Source of the DNA: Pseudomonadota bacterium
GTDB taxonomy: Bacteria > Pseudomonadota > Gammaproteobacteria > Burkholderiales > Burkholderiaceae_E
DNA length: 64,000 bases
Reading direction: 5' to 3'
Assembly: GCA_023389055.1 (NCBI GenBank)
Contig: JAEWFA010000013.1
Span: forward strand, 11,361-75,360
The first letter of the stretch is position 1, and every line of letters starts with the position of its first letter. The notes beneath the pieces were generated by a model that saw only the letters and a program-made list of their open reading frames with translations, was not told the origin of the DNA and searched no databases. This document shows, piece by piece, positions 21,104-30,952 of the stretch. The position numbers and the translations under genes were made by a program.

Positions 21104-22483
21104 ATGACCCGCGGGCCGGGCGCTTCGCGGGGCGGCAAGGGCGCGGGGCGCGGGGCTTCGGTACCGGCTGCACGCGTGCCGCAGACGAGGATTGCCCGAC
21201 TGGCGAACGTCGCGCTCGCCGCCGGCGAGCTTGCGCTGGCCGGAGTCGGCGAGGGCGTGCGCCGGTTGCTGGCCGACAAGGGGGCAGTCGTGCCGGCGGG
21301 CGGAGCGTGGGTGTCGGTCGACAACGCCCGGCGGTTGGCTGCACGGCTTGCGCGCCTGCGCGGCGGGGCGATGAAGCTCGGCCAGATGATGTCGATGCAG
21401 GGACCGGACCTGCTGCCGCCGGAGTTCGCGCAGGCGCTGGCGATCCTGCGCGCACAGGCTGCGCCGATGCCCGCTTCCCAGCTGCACGGCGTTCTCGGCC
21501 GCGAATACGGCAAGGGCTGGCGTCTTCGCTTCGAGCGTTTCGACGAGGAGCCGATCGCTGCAGCGTCGATCGGGCAGGTGCATCGCGCGCGCGCGCTCGA
21601 CGGGCGCGAGCTCGCGCTGAAAATCCAGTATCCGGGCGTAGCCCGTTCGATTCGTAGCGACATCGACAACGTCGTCGCCGTGCTTCGACTGCTGAGGATG
21701 GTGCCCGCGCAGGCCGACATCGATGAACTTGCCGTCGAGGCTGCGCGCCAGTTGTCGCTGGAGGCGGATTATCTCGCCGAGGCCGCGTCGCTCGAGCGCT
21801 TCGGAGCGCTCGTCGCCGACGAGCCGCGCCTGCGGGTGCCGCGCGCGCACGCCGATCTCACCACCGCGCGCATCCTCGCGATGGACTTCCTCGACGGCCA
21901 GCCGCTCGATGCGCTCTGCGCGCCGGACGTTTCGCAGGCGACGCGCGACGGCGTGGGGGCGCTGCTCGAACGGCTCGCCTTCCGCGAGTTATTCGAGTTC
22001 GGCACGATGCAGACCGATCCGAACTTCGCGAACTATCTCTGGCAGCCCGACTCCGGACAGGTCGTGCTGCTCGATTTCGGCTCGACGACGGATTTCGACG
22101 CGGCATTGGTCGCGGCGTACGCGCGCATCACGCGTGCCGCGATGGCCGGCGACCGCGACGCGGTTGCCGACTGCGCAATCGAGATCGGCTATCTCGACGT
22201 CGACGATCCGGCGCCGCGGGTCGACGCCACCGTGGACGTGATCCTGCTCGTCTGCGAACCGCTGCGACATCGGGGGCGCTACGATTTCGCGGCGTCCGAC
22301 CTCCCGTCGAGGGCGCGGGCGCTCGGATTCGACATCGGCATCCGGCAGGGGCTGCTGCGCGTACCGCCCGCGCAGACGATGTTCCTGCATCGCAAGCTGA
22401 TCGGGTCGTTCTTCCTGCTCGCCCACATCGGCGCACGCGTGGACGTCCGCGCGCTCGTCAAGCCGCTGGTTCGCATGGCGTGA
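21104..22483 (+). CDS. AarF/ABC1/UbiB family atypical kinase (COQ8-like)
   Basis: MKLGQ (KxGQ), AAASIGQVHRA, LKIQYPG, QTDPNFAN, LLDFG; start inferred at ATG 21104. Confidence 0.9.
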   Translation: MTRGPGASRGGKGAGRGASVPAARVPQTRIARLANVALAAGELALAGVGEGVRRLLADKGAVVPAGGAWVSVDNARRLAARLARLRGGAMKLGQMMSMQGPDLLPPEFAQALAILRAQAAPMPASQLHGVLGREYGKGWRLRFERFDEEPIAAASIGQVHRARALDGRELALKIQYPGVARSIRSDIDNVVAVLRLLRMVPAQADIDELAVEAARQLSLEADYLAEAASLERFGALVADEPRLRVPRAHADLTTARILAMDFLDGQPLDALCAPDVSQATRDGVGALLERLAFRELFEFGTMQTDPNFANYLWQPDSGQVVLLDFGSTTDFDAALVAAYARITRAAMAGDRDAVADCAIEIGYLDVDDPAPRVDATVDVILLVCEPLRHRGRYDFAASDLPSRARALGFDIGIRQGLLRVPPAQTMFLHRKLIGSFFLLAHIGARVDVRALVKPLVRMA

Positions 22484-22586
22484 AGGGGATTGCGGGCCGG
22501 GCGCAGCCACGGACGCGCGCCGCGCGCCTTCGCGGGCACGTAGCTTGTATGGCCGATGTGTCGCATCCTGCAAGAGGAGGAGCGCC

Positions 22587-22970
22587 ATGCCCGGACGTGA
22601 AAGACTTCCCGACACGCTGAAGCGTTCTCCGCCCAAGGCACAACGCACGTGGGCGAAGGCACACGACAGCGCCGTGCGCGAGTATGGCGAAGGCGGTCGC
22701 GCGCACCGCGTCGCCTTCGCCGCGCTGAAGCACTCGTTCGAGAAGCAGGGCGACCACTGGGTTCGCAAGGACCACCCGGGTCCGTCCGATCCCCGCGCCG
22801 AGAAACGCGGCAAGTCGGCCCGCGAGGGCAAGGGCGAGAGCTTCGGTGGACTGGATTACAACGGCAGCACGCGCAGCGAGCTGTACGAACGCGCGCGCTC
22901 GATGGGTATCGAGGGTCGCTCGAAGATGAACAAGAAGGAGCTCGCCCGCGCGATCGCGAAGCGGCAATAG
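22587..22970 (+). CDS. ChaB family protein with C-terminal Rho_N-like domain
   Basis: LPDTLKRSPPKAQRTWAKAHDSA...AFAALKHSFEK; ELYERARSMGIEGRSKMNKKEL; RBS GAGGAGGAG. Confidence 0.8.
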   Translation: MPGRERLPDTLKRSPPKAQRTWAKAHDSAVREYGEGGRAHRVAFAALKHSFEKQGDHWVRKDHPGPSDPRAEKRGKSAREGKGESFGGLDYNGSTRSELYERARSMGIEGRSKMNKKELARAIAKRQ

Positions 22971-23006
22971 GGACGACTGCAGCGAGCCGGCCCGGCCGGC
23001 CGGGCC

Positions 23007-23846
23007 CTAGCTGCGTTGCAGCCGCCGGTAGGCGTTGAAGTGCCGGACCGCCTGCTGCGTGTGCCCGAGCTGGTCGTGCAGGCGCGCGGCGTTGAAGTGC
23101 GCGTCCGCCGAGCGCGGTTCCAGCTCCAGGCAGCGCCGGTAGCTCTCGAGCGCGGCCTCGCGCTCGCCGAGATCCTCGAGCGCGACGGCGAGGTTGAAGT
23201 GCAGCGAGCCGACCTCCGGTGAATGTCGCAGGCTTTCGGTGTAGACGTCGACCGCGTCCGCACTACGCCCCAGGTCGCACAGCAGCGCGCCCAGGTTCAG
23301 GCTCGCGTCCGCGTGAGCCGGCGCAAGCGCGAGCGTCGCGCGATAGGCAGCCTCGGCATCGTCGGTGCGACCTTCGCTTTCGAGACGTTGCGCAAGGCCG
23401 AACTGCGCGTCGGCCCTCGGCGCAGATCCGCCGGCTCGCGTGCCTCGCTCGAGAATGGACACGCTGCCTTTCGCTGCGATGACGTCGAAGTCGATCAGGA
23501 GCTGCCCGGATTCGGGTTCCCATTGCACGTCGCCGTCGCGCACCGCGACGGTGTTGCCGACGGCGGTGACGCGCAGGCCGGTGAGCGGAAGCTGCGCCGG
23601 CAGCGAGCGGCGCAGTTCGCGCAGCGATCGCAGGATCGTGCGCGGAGCGACTTTCGCAGCGCGCAGTGCGTGCGCCGTTCGCAGCAGCACCACGTCCTGG
23701 AAGGAGAAGCGAAATTCGTTGCGCGCGCCGCGCACCGGGGTGACGAAACCGGCGCGAACGAGCGCGCGCGCGATGCCCGGCGAAATGCCGAGCATCGTCT
23801 CGATGCTCCGGAGGGTGTAGGGAGTCTCGTCCGACCGTTTCGTCAC
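23007..23846 (-). CDS. MerR-like HTH + tetratricopeptide repeat protein
   Basis: N-terminal YTLRSIETMLG...GFVTP...FSFQDVVLLR; C-terminal TPRs (ASLNLGALL, LHFNLAVAL, AHFNAARL); GTGA overlap with ku stop. Confidence 0.78.
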   Translation of the reverse strand: MTKRSDETPYTLRSIETMLGISPGIARALVRAGFVTPVRGARNEFRFSFQDVVLLRTAHALRAAKVAPRTILRSLRELRRSLPAQLPLTGLRVTAVGNTVAVRDGDVQWEPESGQLLIDFDVIAAKGSVSILERGTRAGGSAPRADAQFGLAQRLESEGRTDDAEAAYRATLALAPAHADASLNLGALLCDLGRSADAVDVYTESLRHSPEVGSLHFNLAVALEDLGEREAALESYRRCLELEPRSADAHFNAARLHDQLGHTQQAVRHFNAYRRLQRS

Positions 23847-24754
23847 TTCTTCGATCGCGCTCGCGTGCGCGCGGCCGGTTCCTCCTGCGCCGCGGCCCGA
23901 CGCGGCGCCTTTCGGGCGCGCGCAGCCGGCGCGGGCTCGGCTTCGTCGCGTTGCGCCGTGGCCTTCGCCCCGGGCGCCGGCTTCGCGCCGAGACTCGCGC
24001 GCAGCGCTTCCATCAGGTCGATCACTTGCGCGCCGGTGGTCGGCGCGGCCTCTTCGTGCACGACGATCCGCTTGCCGGCGATCTTCTCGTCGATGGCTGC
24101 GAGGATGCGCTTCTTCTCCTCGTCCTCGAACTCCTTCGGATCGTACCGGTCGGTGGAGATCTGTTCGATCAGTTGCAGCGCAAGCTTCAATTCGGCGTCG
24201 GTGACCGGCACCTTCTCGATGTCGAGATCCTTCAGCGAGCGCACCTCGTCGGCGTAGAGCAACTGCTGCAGGACCATGCCGTCTTCCGAGGGGCGGACCT
24301 GCACGACGTACTGCTTGCCCTTCCACGCCCATTTCGCCAGCGCGCAGCGCCCGCTCTCGCGCATCGCCTTCACCAGCAGGTTATAGGGCTTCGCGCCGCG
24401 CTTGTCGGGTGCCAGGAAATACGCCTTGTCGTAGTAGATCGGATCGATCGCCTTTTCGGGAATGAACGCGACGATGTCGATCGTATGGCTGGGGCTTTCC
24501 TGCAGCGCCTTCAACTCGTCGGACGTAAAGGTGACGAAGCGGTCCTTCTCGAACTCGTAGCCCTTGATCATCTCGGAGCGATCGAGGACGTGCTCGTCCC
24601 GCGCGGAGACGTATTGCTGCCTGACGCGCTCCCCGTCTTTCGAAAGCAGGTTGAAGCGGATCGTCGCCGAACTCTCGGTGGCCGTGTACAGCTTCACCGG
24701 GATCGAGACGAGGCCGAAGGACAGCGAGAGTGAAGCGATCGAGCGCGCAGCCAT
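23843..24754 (-). CDS. ku: Prokaryotic Ku DNA end-binding protein
   Basis: LSFGLVSIPVKLY, IKGYE, IDPIYYDKAYFLAP, VIDLMEALRASL, basic C-terminal tail. Confidence 0.93.
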   Translation of the reverse strand: MAARSIASLSLSFGLVSIPVKLYTATESSATIRFNLLSKDGERVRQQYVSARDEHVLDRSEMIKGYEFEKDRFVTFTSDELKALQESPSHTIDIVAFIPEKAIDPIYYDKAYFLAPDKRGAKPYNLLVKAMRESGRCALAKWAWKGKQYVVQVRPSEDGMVLQQLLYADEVRSLKDLDIEKVPVTDAELKLALQLIEQISTDRYDPKEFEDEEKKRILAAIDEKIAGKRIVVHEEAAPTTGAQVIDLMEALRASLGAKPAPGAKATAQRDEAEPAPAARARKAPRRAAAQEEPAARTRARSKK

Positions 24755-24896
24755 GCGGATCTCCCTGCCACGAGCGCCCGGTGTCCGGGGCTGCGACGAG
24801 TATACGGTGCGTCAGCAAGCGCAAGCGGAGTTCCCGCAGACCCGGCGTGCCTCGAGGCGCGCCGATTCTGGCCGCGGTTGCCGCGCGGCGCACTCG

Positions 24897-24921
24897 GGAA
24901 CATTTTGCGTATCCGATCGTT
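24897..24921 (+). promoter_or_regulatory. Putative ECF sigma promoter GGAAC-N16-CGTT
   Basis: GGAAC 24897-24901, 16-nt spacer, CGTT 24918-24921, upstream of ATG 25006. Confidence 0.45.
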
Positions 24922-25005
24922 CCAATCAGCAAGACCGGTCGTTGCCGGTCCTCCGGCCCGCGAAGCCAGCGCGCCTTGTTACCGTCAACCATCAGGAGTC
25001 TTGTC

Positions 25006-25326
25006 ATGCGTCGTGTTGCCACCATCGTCGCCACCCTTTCACTCGCCGCCGTCGTCGCGCCCGCCGTTGCCGACGAGGTGCGTTTCGTCAACAACGAGAT
25101 CGGCTACGAAGTCGTCGCGTCGCCGGGAACGCTCACGCGCGCCGGCGTGATCGCGGATCTCCGCCGCGCGCAGCGCAGCGACGAACTCGCGCAAAGCTAC
25201 GAGTTCGAAGCACCGATCGAACTCGCGCCTTCGATGAAGACGCGCGAACAGGTGCAGCACGAGGCCGCCACCGTCGGCGATCGCGAGCGTCGGGCGCAGA
25301 GCGCGCTGTACGGGCCGAACGCCTGA
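25006..25326 (+). CDS. Small exported protein, DUF4148-like
   Basis: Signal peptide ending AVA-D, two TR(A/E)xV motifs (LTRAGVIADL, KTREQVQHE); RBS AGGAG. Confidence 0.7.
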   Translation: MRRVATIVATLSLAAVVAPAVADEVRFVNNEIGYEVVASPGTLTRAGVIADLRRAQRSDELAQSYEFEAPIELAPSMKTREQVQHEAATVGDRERRAQSALYGPNA

Positions 25327-25397
25327 CGACGGCGGCGCAGTCGCGTTCCGTCAAATGCGAGGATCATCGTCCTTCGACGAAAGGGAGGACGACTCGC

Positions 25398-25757
25398 ATG
25401 GACGCGGCTGCATTGCTCGAACAACTGCCCGACGCGGTGATCGCCTGCGACCGCGACGGCGTCATCGACGTCTGGAACGCGGCTGCTGCGCTGCTGTTCG
25501 GCCACGAAGCGAAGGATGCGATCGGCCAGTCGCTCGACCTCATCATCCCCGAGCGACTGCGCGAGGCGCACTGGAGAGGCTTCGAGGCAGCGATGGCGGC
25601 CGGTGCGACGAAGCACGCCGGCAAGCCGTTGACGACGCGTGCCGTTCCGAAGAGCGGCGAGAAGTCGTATGTGTCGATGAGCTTCGGCGTGCTGCACGAC
25701 GCGCAAGGCCGCGCCTGCGGAGCGGTTGCCGTGGCTCGGCACGCGGAGCGGCCGTGA
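25398..25757 (+). CDS. Stand-alone PAS domain protein
   Basis: LPDAVIACDRDGVIDVWNAAAALLFG, GQSLDLIIPERLREAHWRGF; RBS GGGAGGA. Confidence 0.82.
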   Translation: MDAAALLEQLPDAVIACDRDGVIDVWNAAAALLFGHEAKDAIGQSLDLIIPERLREAHWRGFEAAMAAGATKHAGKPLTTRAVPKSGEKSYVSMSFGVLHDAQGRACGAVAVARHAERP

Positions 25758-26017
25758 ATCGGCGCGCAGCTCCTCCGAGCGTCCTCGCCGATCAGATCTT
25801 GTAGGCCGCCCCGCGACGCGGGCGACGGCCTGGCGTGCAGGCCGTCGCTCGTGCGGCGCGAAGCGGGGAGCGACGCGTCAGTGCGCGTGGCTCCACCGGC
25901 CGCCGATCTGCTGGTCGATGCCGAGTTCCCACGGCGCGAGGATGAATACGATCGCCATGCGCCGAAGAGCACGTTGATGTACTTTCAAGGCGGGTAGAAC
26001 CCGCTGTCCAGGCAGCC

Positions 26018-26260
26018 TCAGGCGCGGTGGGAGGTTTCGGTGCGCCGCGGTTGCTGCGAGGAACGACCGGCCCGCTGCCGCTGCGCGTTCGCCCTTCGCT
26101 GCCGGTAGGCCCAGCGCATGCGCAGGATCGTCGCGGCAGCGACCAGCAGCAACGCGCCGCTAGCCTTCGCCAGCGCTCCTTCGGAGCCGAGCAGAACCAC
26201 GGCGCCCAGCGGCGTGTAGATGTACGGCGACGTCTCGTACCACAGATCTCCGATGCTCAT
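26018..26260 (-). CDS. Small hypothetical membrane protein
   Basis: RBS GAGGAG, WYETSPYIY then two hydrophobic stretches and a basic tail. Confidence 0.6.
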   Translation of the reverse strand: MSIGDLWYETSPYIYTPLGAVVLLGSEGALAKASGALLLVAAATILRMRWAYRQRRANAQRQRAGRSSQQPRRTETSHRA

Positions 26261-26455
26261 TGGGCGACTCCTCGCACGACGGAAATTGCGCGCGCCAGCA
26301 CATCGACCCCAGGCGCGCGAGAGCGATCATCAGCGATCTGCGACACCGGTTCTGCGCAATCCGTCATGGTTCGCATCGAACGTCGAGGGGGCACGCGTCG
26401 ACGCGCACGGCTCGGCACCCGATGTTCGCGCAGCTGCTGATTTCGTGGAGGATTC

Positions 26456-26530
26456 TGGTGGGCGGTACTGGGATCGAACCAGTGACTTCCACCGTGTGAA
26501 GGTGGCACTCTACCGCTGAGTTAACCGCCC
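26456..26530 (-). tRNA. tRNA-Val (anticodon CAC)
   Basis: Minus strand GGGCGGT acceptor, anticodon arm CCACC-TTCACAC-GGTGG, GGTTCGATC T-loop, encoded CCA. Confidence 0.96.
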
Positions 26531-26603
26531 GGCAGAGGAGCGAGATTGTAAGCGCATCGCCTGCGGGCGCCAAACCGCTCGCCGATCCCGGTCCCCGGGG
26601 GCA

Positions 26604-27197
26604 CTACGCCCCGCGCTCCCAGACGATGCACCGGTTGTTCGCCGGCATTGCGCGATCCTCCAGCAGCGAGAACCCCGCCGCGCGGGCGAGGGCGTCGACC
26701 TTCTCGAAGTCGCGCAGGCCGCGCTTCGGGTCCTCGCTGCGCAGCCAGCGGTCGAACTGCGCGTTGCTGTCGCTGGTCGCCTGGCCGTCGTAATTGAACG
26801 GCCCGTAGACGGCCAGTCGCGCGTCGTCGGTGACGATCGCGGGGAGGACCTCGAACAGGCGCTCGACTTCGTCCCAGCCCATGATGTGCAGCGTGTTCGC
26901 CGTGAAGACCGCATCGAAGCCCGTCGCGGGCGGTGCGTCTCGAACGTTCCACGCGAGCGGCGAGGGCGTATTCGGCAGCCCGAACTCGTCGAGCCATGCG
27001 CGGATGCCCGGCAGGTTCTGCTCGACGTCGGTTGCCTGCCATTCCAGGTGCGCCAAGGCGTCGGCGAAGTGCACGGCGTGCTGGCCGGTTCCGCTGCCCA
27101 CTTCGAGCACCCGGCTGCGGTCGCCGAAATACTGCCGCAGCACGGCGAGAATCGGCTCGCGATTGCGCTCGCACGCGAGCGAGAAAGGTTTGTCCAT
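26604..27197 (-). CDS. DUF938 SAM-dependent methyltransferase
   Basis: [37 protein letters not shown]. Confidence 0.88.
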   Translation of the reverse strand: MDKPFSLACERNREPILAVLRQYFGDRSRVLEVGSGTGQHAVHFADALAHLEWQATDVEQNLPGIRAWLDEFGLPNTPSPLAWNVRDAPPATGFDAVFTANTLHIMGWDEVERLFEVLPAIVTDDARLAVYGPFNYDGQATSDSNAQFDRWLRSEDPKRGLRDFEKVDALARAAGFSLLEDRAMPANNRCIVWERGA

Positions 27198-27322
27198 CTG
27201 CGAACGATACTGAAAGCCGGGCACGGGGCTCGGCGCGGACGCGTGCCGCGACGCGCCGCGCGGTCGATGCGCGCTCGATCGCTCACGTAGAATCGGTCGT
27301 CTCCCCGCTCCCCGCCCGCTCG

Positions 27323-28720
27323 ATGGTCCGCACGCGTTTCGCTCCCAGCCCCACCGGCTTCCTGCACATCGGCGGCGCGCGTACCGCGCTCTTCGCCTGG
27401 GCCTACGCGCGTCACTACGGCGGAACCTTCGTCCTGCGCATCGAGGACACCGACCTCGAGCGCTCCACGCCCGAGGCGACGCAGGCGATCCTCGACGGCA
27501 TGCGCTGGCTCGGCCTCGATGCCGACGAAGGGCCGTACTACCAGACGCAGCGGATGGATCGTTATCGCGAGGTCATTGCGGGGATGCTCGAGAACGGCAC
27601 CGCCTATCGCTGCTGGTGCACGCGCGAGGAGCTCGACGCGATGCGCGCGGCGCAGGAGGCGAAGGGGCTCAAGCCGCGCTACGACGGAACGTGGCGGCCC
27701 GAGCCGGGGCGCGTGCTGCCCGCGCCGCCGGCAGGCGTCGATCCGGTCGTGCGGTTTCGCAATCCCACGGACGGCGCTACCGGCTGGAACGACCTGGTCA
27801 AGGGCCCGATCGCTTTCGACAACGCCGAACTTGACGATCTCATCATCGCGCGCGCCGACGGCACGCCCACCTACAATTTCTGCGTCGTCGTCGACGACCG
27901 CGACATGCGGATCACGCACGTGCTGCGTGGCGACGACCACGTGAACAACACGCCGCGGCAGATCAACATCCTGCGCGCACTCGGCGCGCCGGTGCCCGAG
28001 TACGGGCACCTGCCGATGATCCACGGGCCTGACGGCCAGAAGCTCTCGAAGCGACACGGCGCCGTTTCCGTGATGCAGTACGACGACGACGGCTACCTGC
28101 CCGACGCGGTCGTCAACTACCTGGCGCGGCTGGGTTGGAGCCACGGCGACGAGGAGATCTTTTCGCGCGAGCAACTCGTACAGTGGTTCGACGGCTCGCA
28201 CGTGAGCCGCTCGCCGTCGCGTTTCGACTTCGACAAGTTGCGCTGGCTGAACGCCCACTACCTGAAGGCGATGCCCGACGACGCGCTCGCCTCGCGTGTG
28301 CGCCCGCGACTCGAAGCCGCAGGCGTGACGATCGGAGCGAACGCGGCGGATCTCGCCGTCGCGTGCGGCCTGCTGAAGGAGCGCGCGCAGACGTTGAATG
28401 AACTGGCCGACCAGGCCCGCATGTTCTATGCGGAGCCTGCCATCTCCGACGACGATCGCGCGCGCTACCTGGACGCGGCTCCGACCGGATTGAAAGCGGC
28501 GATCGAGGGTTTCGCGGCGCGGCTCGATTCCACGCAATGGAATCGAGAAGCGATCGCCGCGGCCCTGAAATCGACGCTCGGCGAGCACGGCATGAAGATG
28601 CCGCAGCTCGCGGTTCCGGTGCGCCTGCTCGTGTTCGGCGTCGCGCAGACTCCGTCGGTCGATGCGATGCTCGCCGCGATGCCGCGCGAAGCGGTGCTCG
28701 CGCGATTGCGGGCGGATTGA
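27323..28720 (+). CDS. gltX: Glutamate--tRNA ligase
   Basis: [25 protein letters not shown]. Confidence 0.96.
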   Translation: MVRTRFAPSPTGFLHIGGARTALFAWAYARHYGGTFVLRIEDTDLERSTPEATQAILDGMRWLGLDADEGPYYQTQRMDRYREVIAGMLENGTAYRCWCTREELDAMRAAQEAKGLKPRYDGTWRPEPGRVLPAPPAGVDPVVRFRNPTDGATGWNDLVKGPIAFDNAELDDLIIARADGTPTYNFCVVVDDRDMRITHVLRGDDHVNNTPRQINILRALGAPVPEYGHLPMIHGPDGQKLSKRHGAVSVMQYDDDGYLPDAVVNYLARLGWSHGDEEIFSREQLVQWFDGSHVSRSPSRFDFDKLRWLNAHYLKAMPDDALASRVRPRLEAAGVTIGANAADLAVACGLLKERAQTLNELADQARMFYAEPAISDDDRARYLDAAPTGLKAAIEGFAARLDSTQWNREAIAAALKSTLGEHGMKMPQLAVPVRLLVFGVAQTPSVDAMLAAMPREAVLARLRAD

Positions 28721-28739
28721 ACGCAAAGGGGATCCGACC

Positions 28740-29852
28740 TTGTCCGGCAGCACTTTCGGCCACGTCTTTCGCGTCACCACCTTCGGCGAATCGCATGGCC
28801 CGGCGATCGGCTGCATCGTCGACGGCTGCCCTCCGGGGCTCGGGTTGTCGGAGACCGACATCCAGCCCGAGCTCGACCGGCGCCGTCCCGGCACCTCGCG
28901 TCACGTCACCCAACGCCGCGAGCCCGATCGCGTCGAGATCCTGTCGGGGACCTACGAAGGTCGCACGACCGGAACGCCGATCGCGCTGCTCATCCGCAAC
29001 GAGGACGCGCGCAGCGGCGACTACGCCGCGATCGCGCGCACTTTCCGTCCGGGGCACGCCGACTACGCTTACTGGCAGAAGTACGGTACGCGCGATCCGC
29101 GCGGCGGTGGCCGGTCGTCGGCGCGGCTCACGGCGCCTGCAGTCGCCGCCGCCGCCATCGCCAGGAAGTGGCTTCACGAACGCTACGGCACGCGCATACG
29201 CGGGTGCATGACGCAATTGGGCGAAGTGGTCATCCCCGTCACCGACTGGCGCGAAGTGCCGAACAACGCGTTCTTCGCGGCCGATGCGGCCGTCGTTCCC
29301 GAACTCGAACGCTACATGGACGCGCTGCGCAAGGCGGGCGATTCCTGCGGTGCGCGTGTTCGAGTCGTCGCCGAGGGTGTTCCGGTCGGACTCGGCGAGC
29401 CGCTGTACGACAAGCTCGACGCCGACATCGCGTACGCGATGATGGGCATCAACGCGGTGAAGGGCGTCGAGATAGGCGCCGGTTTTCGTTGCGTCGAGCA
29501 GAAGGGCAGCGAGCACGGCGACGAGTTGACGCCGCAGGGTTTTGCGAGCAACAACGCGGGTGGCGTGCTCGGCGGCATTTCCACCGGGCAGCCGATCGTC
29601 GTCGAGCTTGCGATCAAGCCGACGTCCAGCATCCGCCTGCCGCGCCGCTCGATCGACCTCGATGGCGAGCCGACGGTCGTCGAGACCCACGGCCGGCACG
29701 ATCCCTGTGTCGGCATCCGGGCGACGCCGATCGCCGAGGCGATGCTCGCACTGGTGCTCATCGACCATGCGCTGCGCGATCGCGGGCAGAATGGCGACGT
29801 TTCCGTCGCTACGCCGCGCATCGGCGGCGCGCCCAGGACCGCCGGCGCGTAG
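28740..29852 (+). CDS. aroC: Chorismate synthase (TTG start)
   Basis: [29 protein letters not shown]. Confidence 0.96.
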   Translation: MSGSTFGHVFRVTTFGESHGPAIGCIVDGCPPGLGLSETDIQPELDRRRPGTSRHVTQRREPDRVEILSGTYEGRTTGTPIALLIRNEDARSGDYAAIARTFRPGHADYAYWQKYGTRDPRGGGRSSARLTAPAVAAAAIARKWLHERYGTRIRGCMTQLGEVVIPVTDWREVPNNAFFAADAAVVPELERYMDALRKAGDSCGARVRVVAEGVPVGLGEPLYDKLDADIAYAMMGINAVKGVEIGAGFRCVEQKGSEHGDELTPQGFASNNAGGVLGGISTGQPIVVELAIKPTSSIRLPRRSIDLDGEPTVVETHGRHDPCVGIRATPIAEAMLALVLIDHALRDRGQNGDVSVATPRIGGAPRTAGA

Positions 29853-29949
29853 CGCGATGCGGGGTCGAGCGCGAGCGGAGCCGGCTCGGCAGGCTCGTTG
29901 CTTGCTTGACTCGGCCGGAATGCGTTTTCCGAACAGACCGGATTGCCCT

Positions 29950-30771
29950 ATGACGAAGCGTCTCCTTGCCGCGGGTTCCGCCGCGCTGGTCCTGTTGCTC
30001 GCCGCCTGTCAGTCGGTGCAGACGACGAATCCCGGCGCAGTCGGTGTCAGCCGCGAGCAGCGCATGTCGTCGCTCGTTTCCGAGGCGCAGATGCGCCAGG
30101 AGGCGACGCAGGCCTACGCGCAGATCGTCCAGCAGCAGCGCCAGAAGGGGACGCTGAACGACGATCCGGCGCTCACCGGGCGCGTGCGCGCGATCGCGTC
30201 GCGCCTGATACCGGCCAGCGCCGCGTTCCGACCCGACGCGCGCTCGTGGAATTGGGAAGTCAACGTGTTCGATACGCCGGAGATCAACGCCTGGGTGATG
30301 CCGGGCGGCAAGATCGGCGTCTACAGCGGCCTGGTGAAGAAGCTGAACCTCACCGACGACGAGATCGCCGCGGTTCTGGGGCACGAGATCTCGCATGCGC
30401 TGCGCGAGCACGCGCGCGAGCGCGCTTCCGAGCAGGTGGGGGCGCAGGTGCTGATCAGCGGCGCGGCGGTGCTGCTCGGCGCCGGCGACGCGGCCACCGA
30501 TCTCGGCAACGTCTTCTACAAGACTTTCTTCGGCCTGCCGCACAGCCGACTGCAGGAAACCGAGGCCGATCGCATCGGCGTGGAGATCGCCGCGCGCGCC
30601 GGCTACGATCCCCGAGCGGCGGTCACGCTGTGGCAGAAGATGGCGCAGAAGGCCGGGGGCGGCGGCGGCCCCGAGTTCCTCAGCACGCACCCGTCGGCGG
30701 AAAATCGCCTGAAGGATCTCCAGGTCTACGCGCAACGCGTGATGCCGCTGTACCAGCAGGCCAGTCGCTAG
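29950..30771 (+). CDS. M48 family metallopeptidase lipoprotein
   Basis: Lipobox [28 protein letters not shown]. Confidence 0.9.
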   Translation: MTKRLLAAGSAALVLLLAACQSVQTTNPGAVGVSREQRMSSLVSEAQMRQEATQAYAQIVQQQRQKGTLNDDPALTGRVRAIASRLIPASAAFRPDARSWNWEVNVFDTPEINAWVMPGGKIGVYSGLVKKLNLTDDEIAAVLGHEISHALREHARERASEQVGAQVLISGAAVLLGAGDAATDLGNVFYKTFFGLPHSRLQETEADRIGVEIAARAGYDPRAAVTLWQKMAQKAGGGGGPEFLSTHPSAENRLKDLQVYAQRVMPLYQQASR

Positions 30772-30952
30772 GTTTCGACCGCTGTCGCTGCAGCGCAGCG
30801 AGCGACGAGCGCGTCCAGCGCCTGCGGGCGCGACGCCGTTACTCTTTGACGCACTGCGGCAAACCGGTGCCGCGTGGCATAATCGGACGACTGCCGCAAC
30901 CCGCCGCGGCCCGCCGTTTTTCCGCGCGGCCGCCGGCCCCGATCCGATCGCC

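Noticed and set aside
25878..25960. Short minus-strand frame MAIVFILAPWELGIDQQIGGRWSHAH
   Set aside because: Only 26 codons with no clear RBS or recognisable family; cannot be supported as a gene or pseudogene.
25974..25988. TTGATGTACTTTCAA as an FNR site
   Set aside because: Spacing is one base too long for TTGAT-N4-ATCAA.
30772..30952. Leucine attenuator ahead of leuC
   Set aside because: No Leu-rich leader peptide found; only a -10-like TGGCATAAT.
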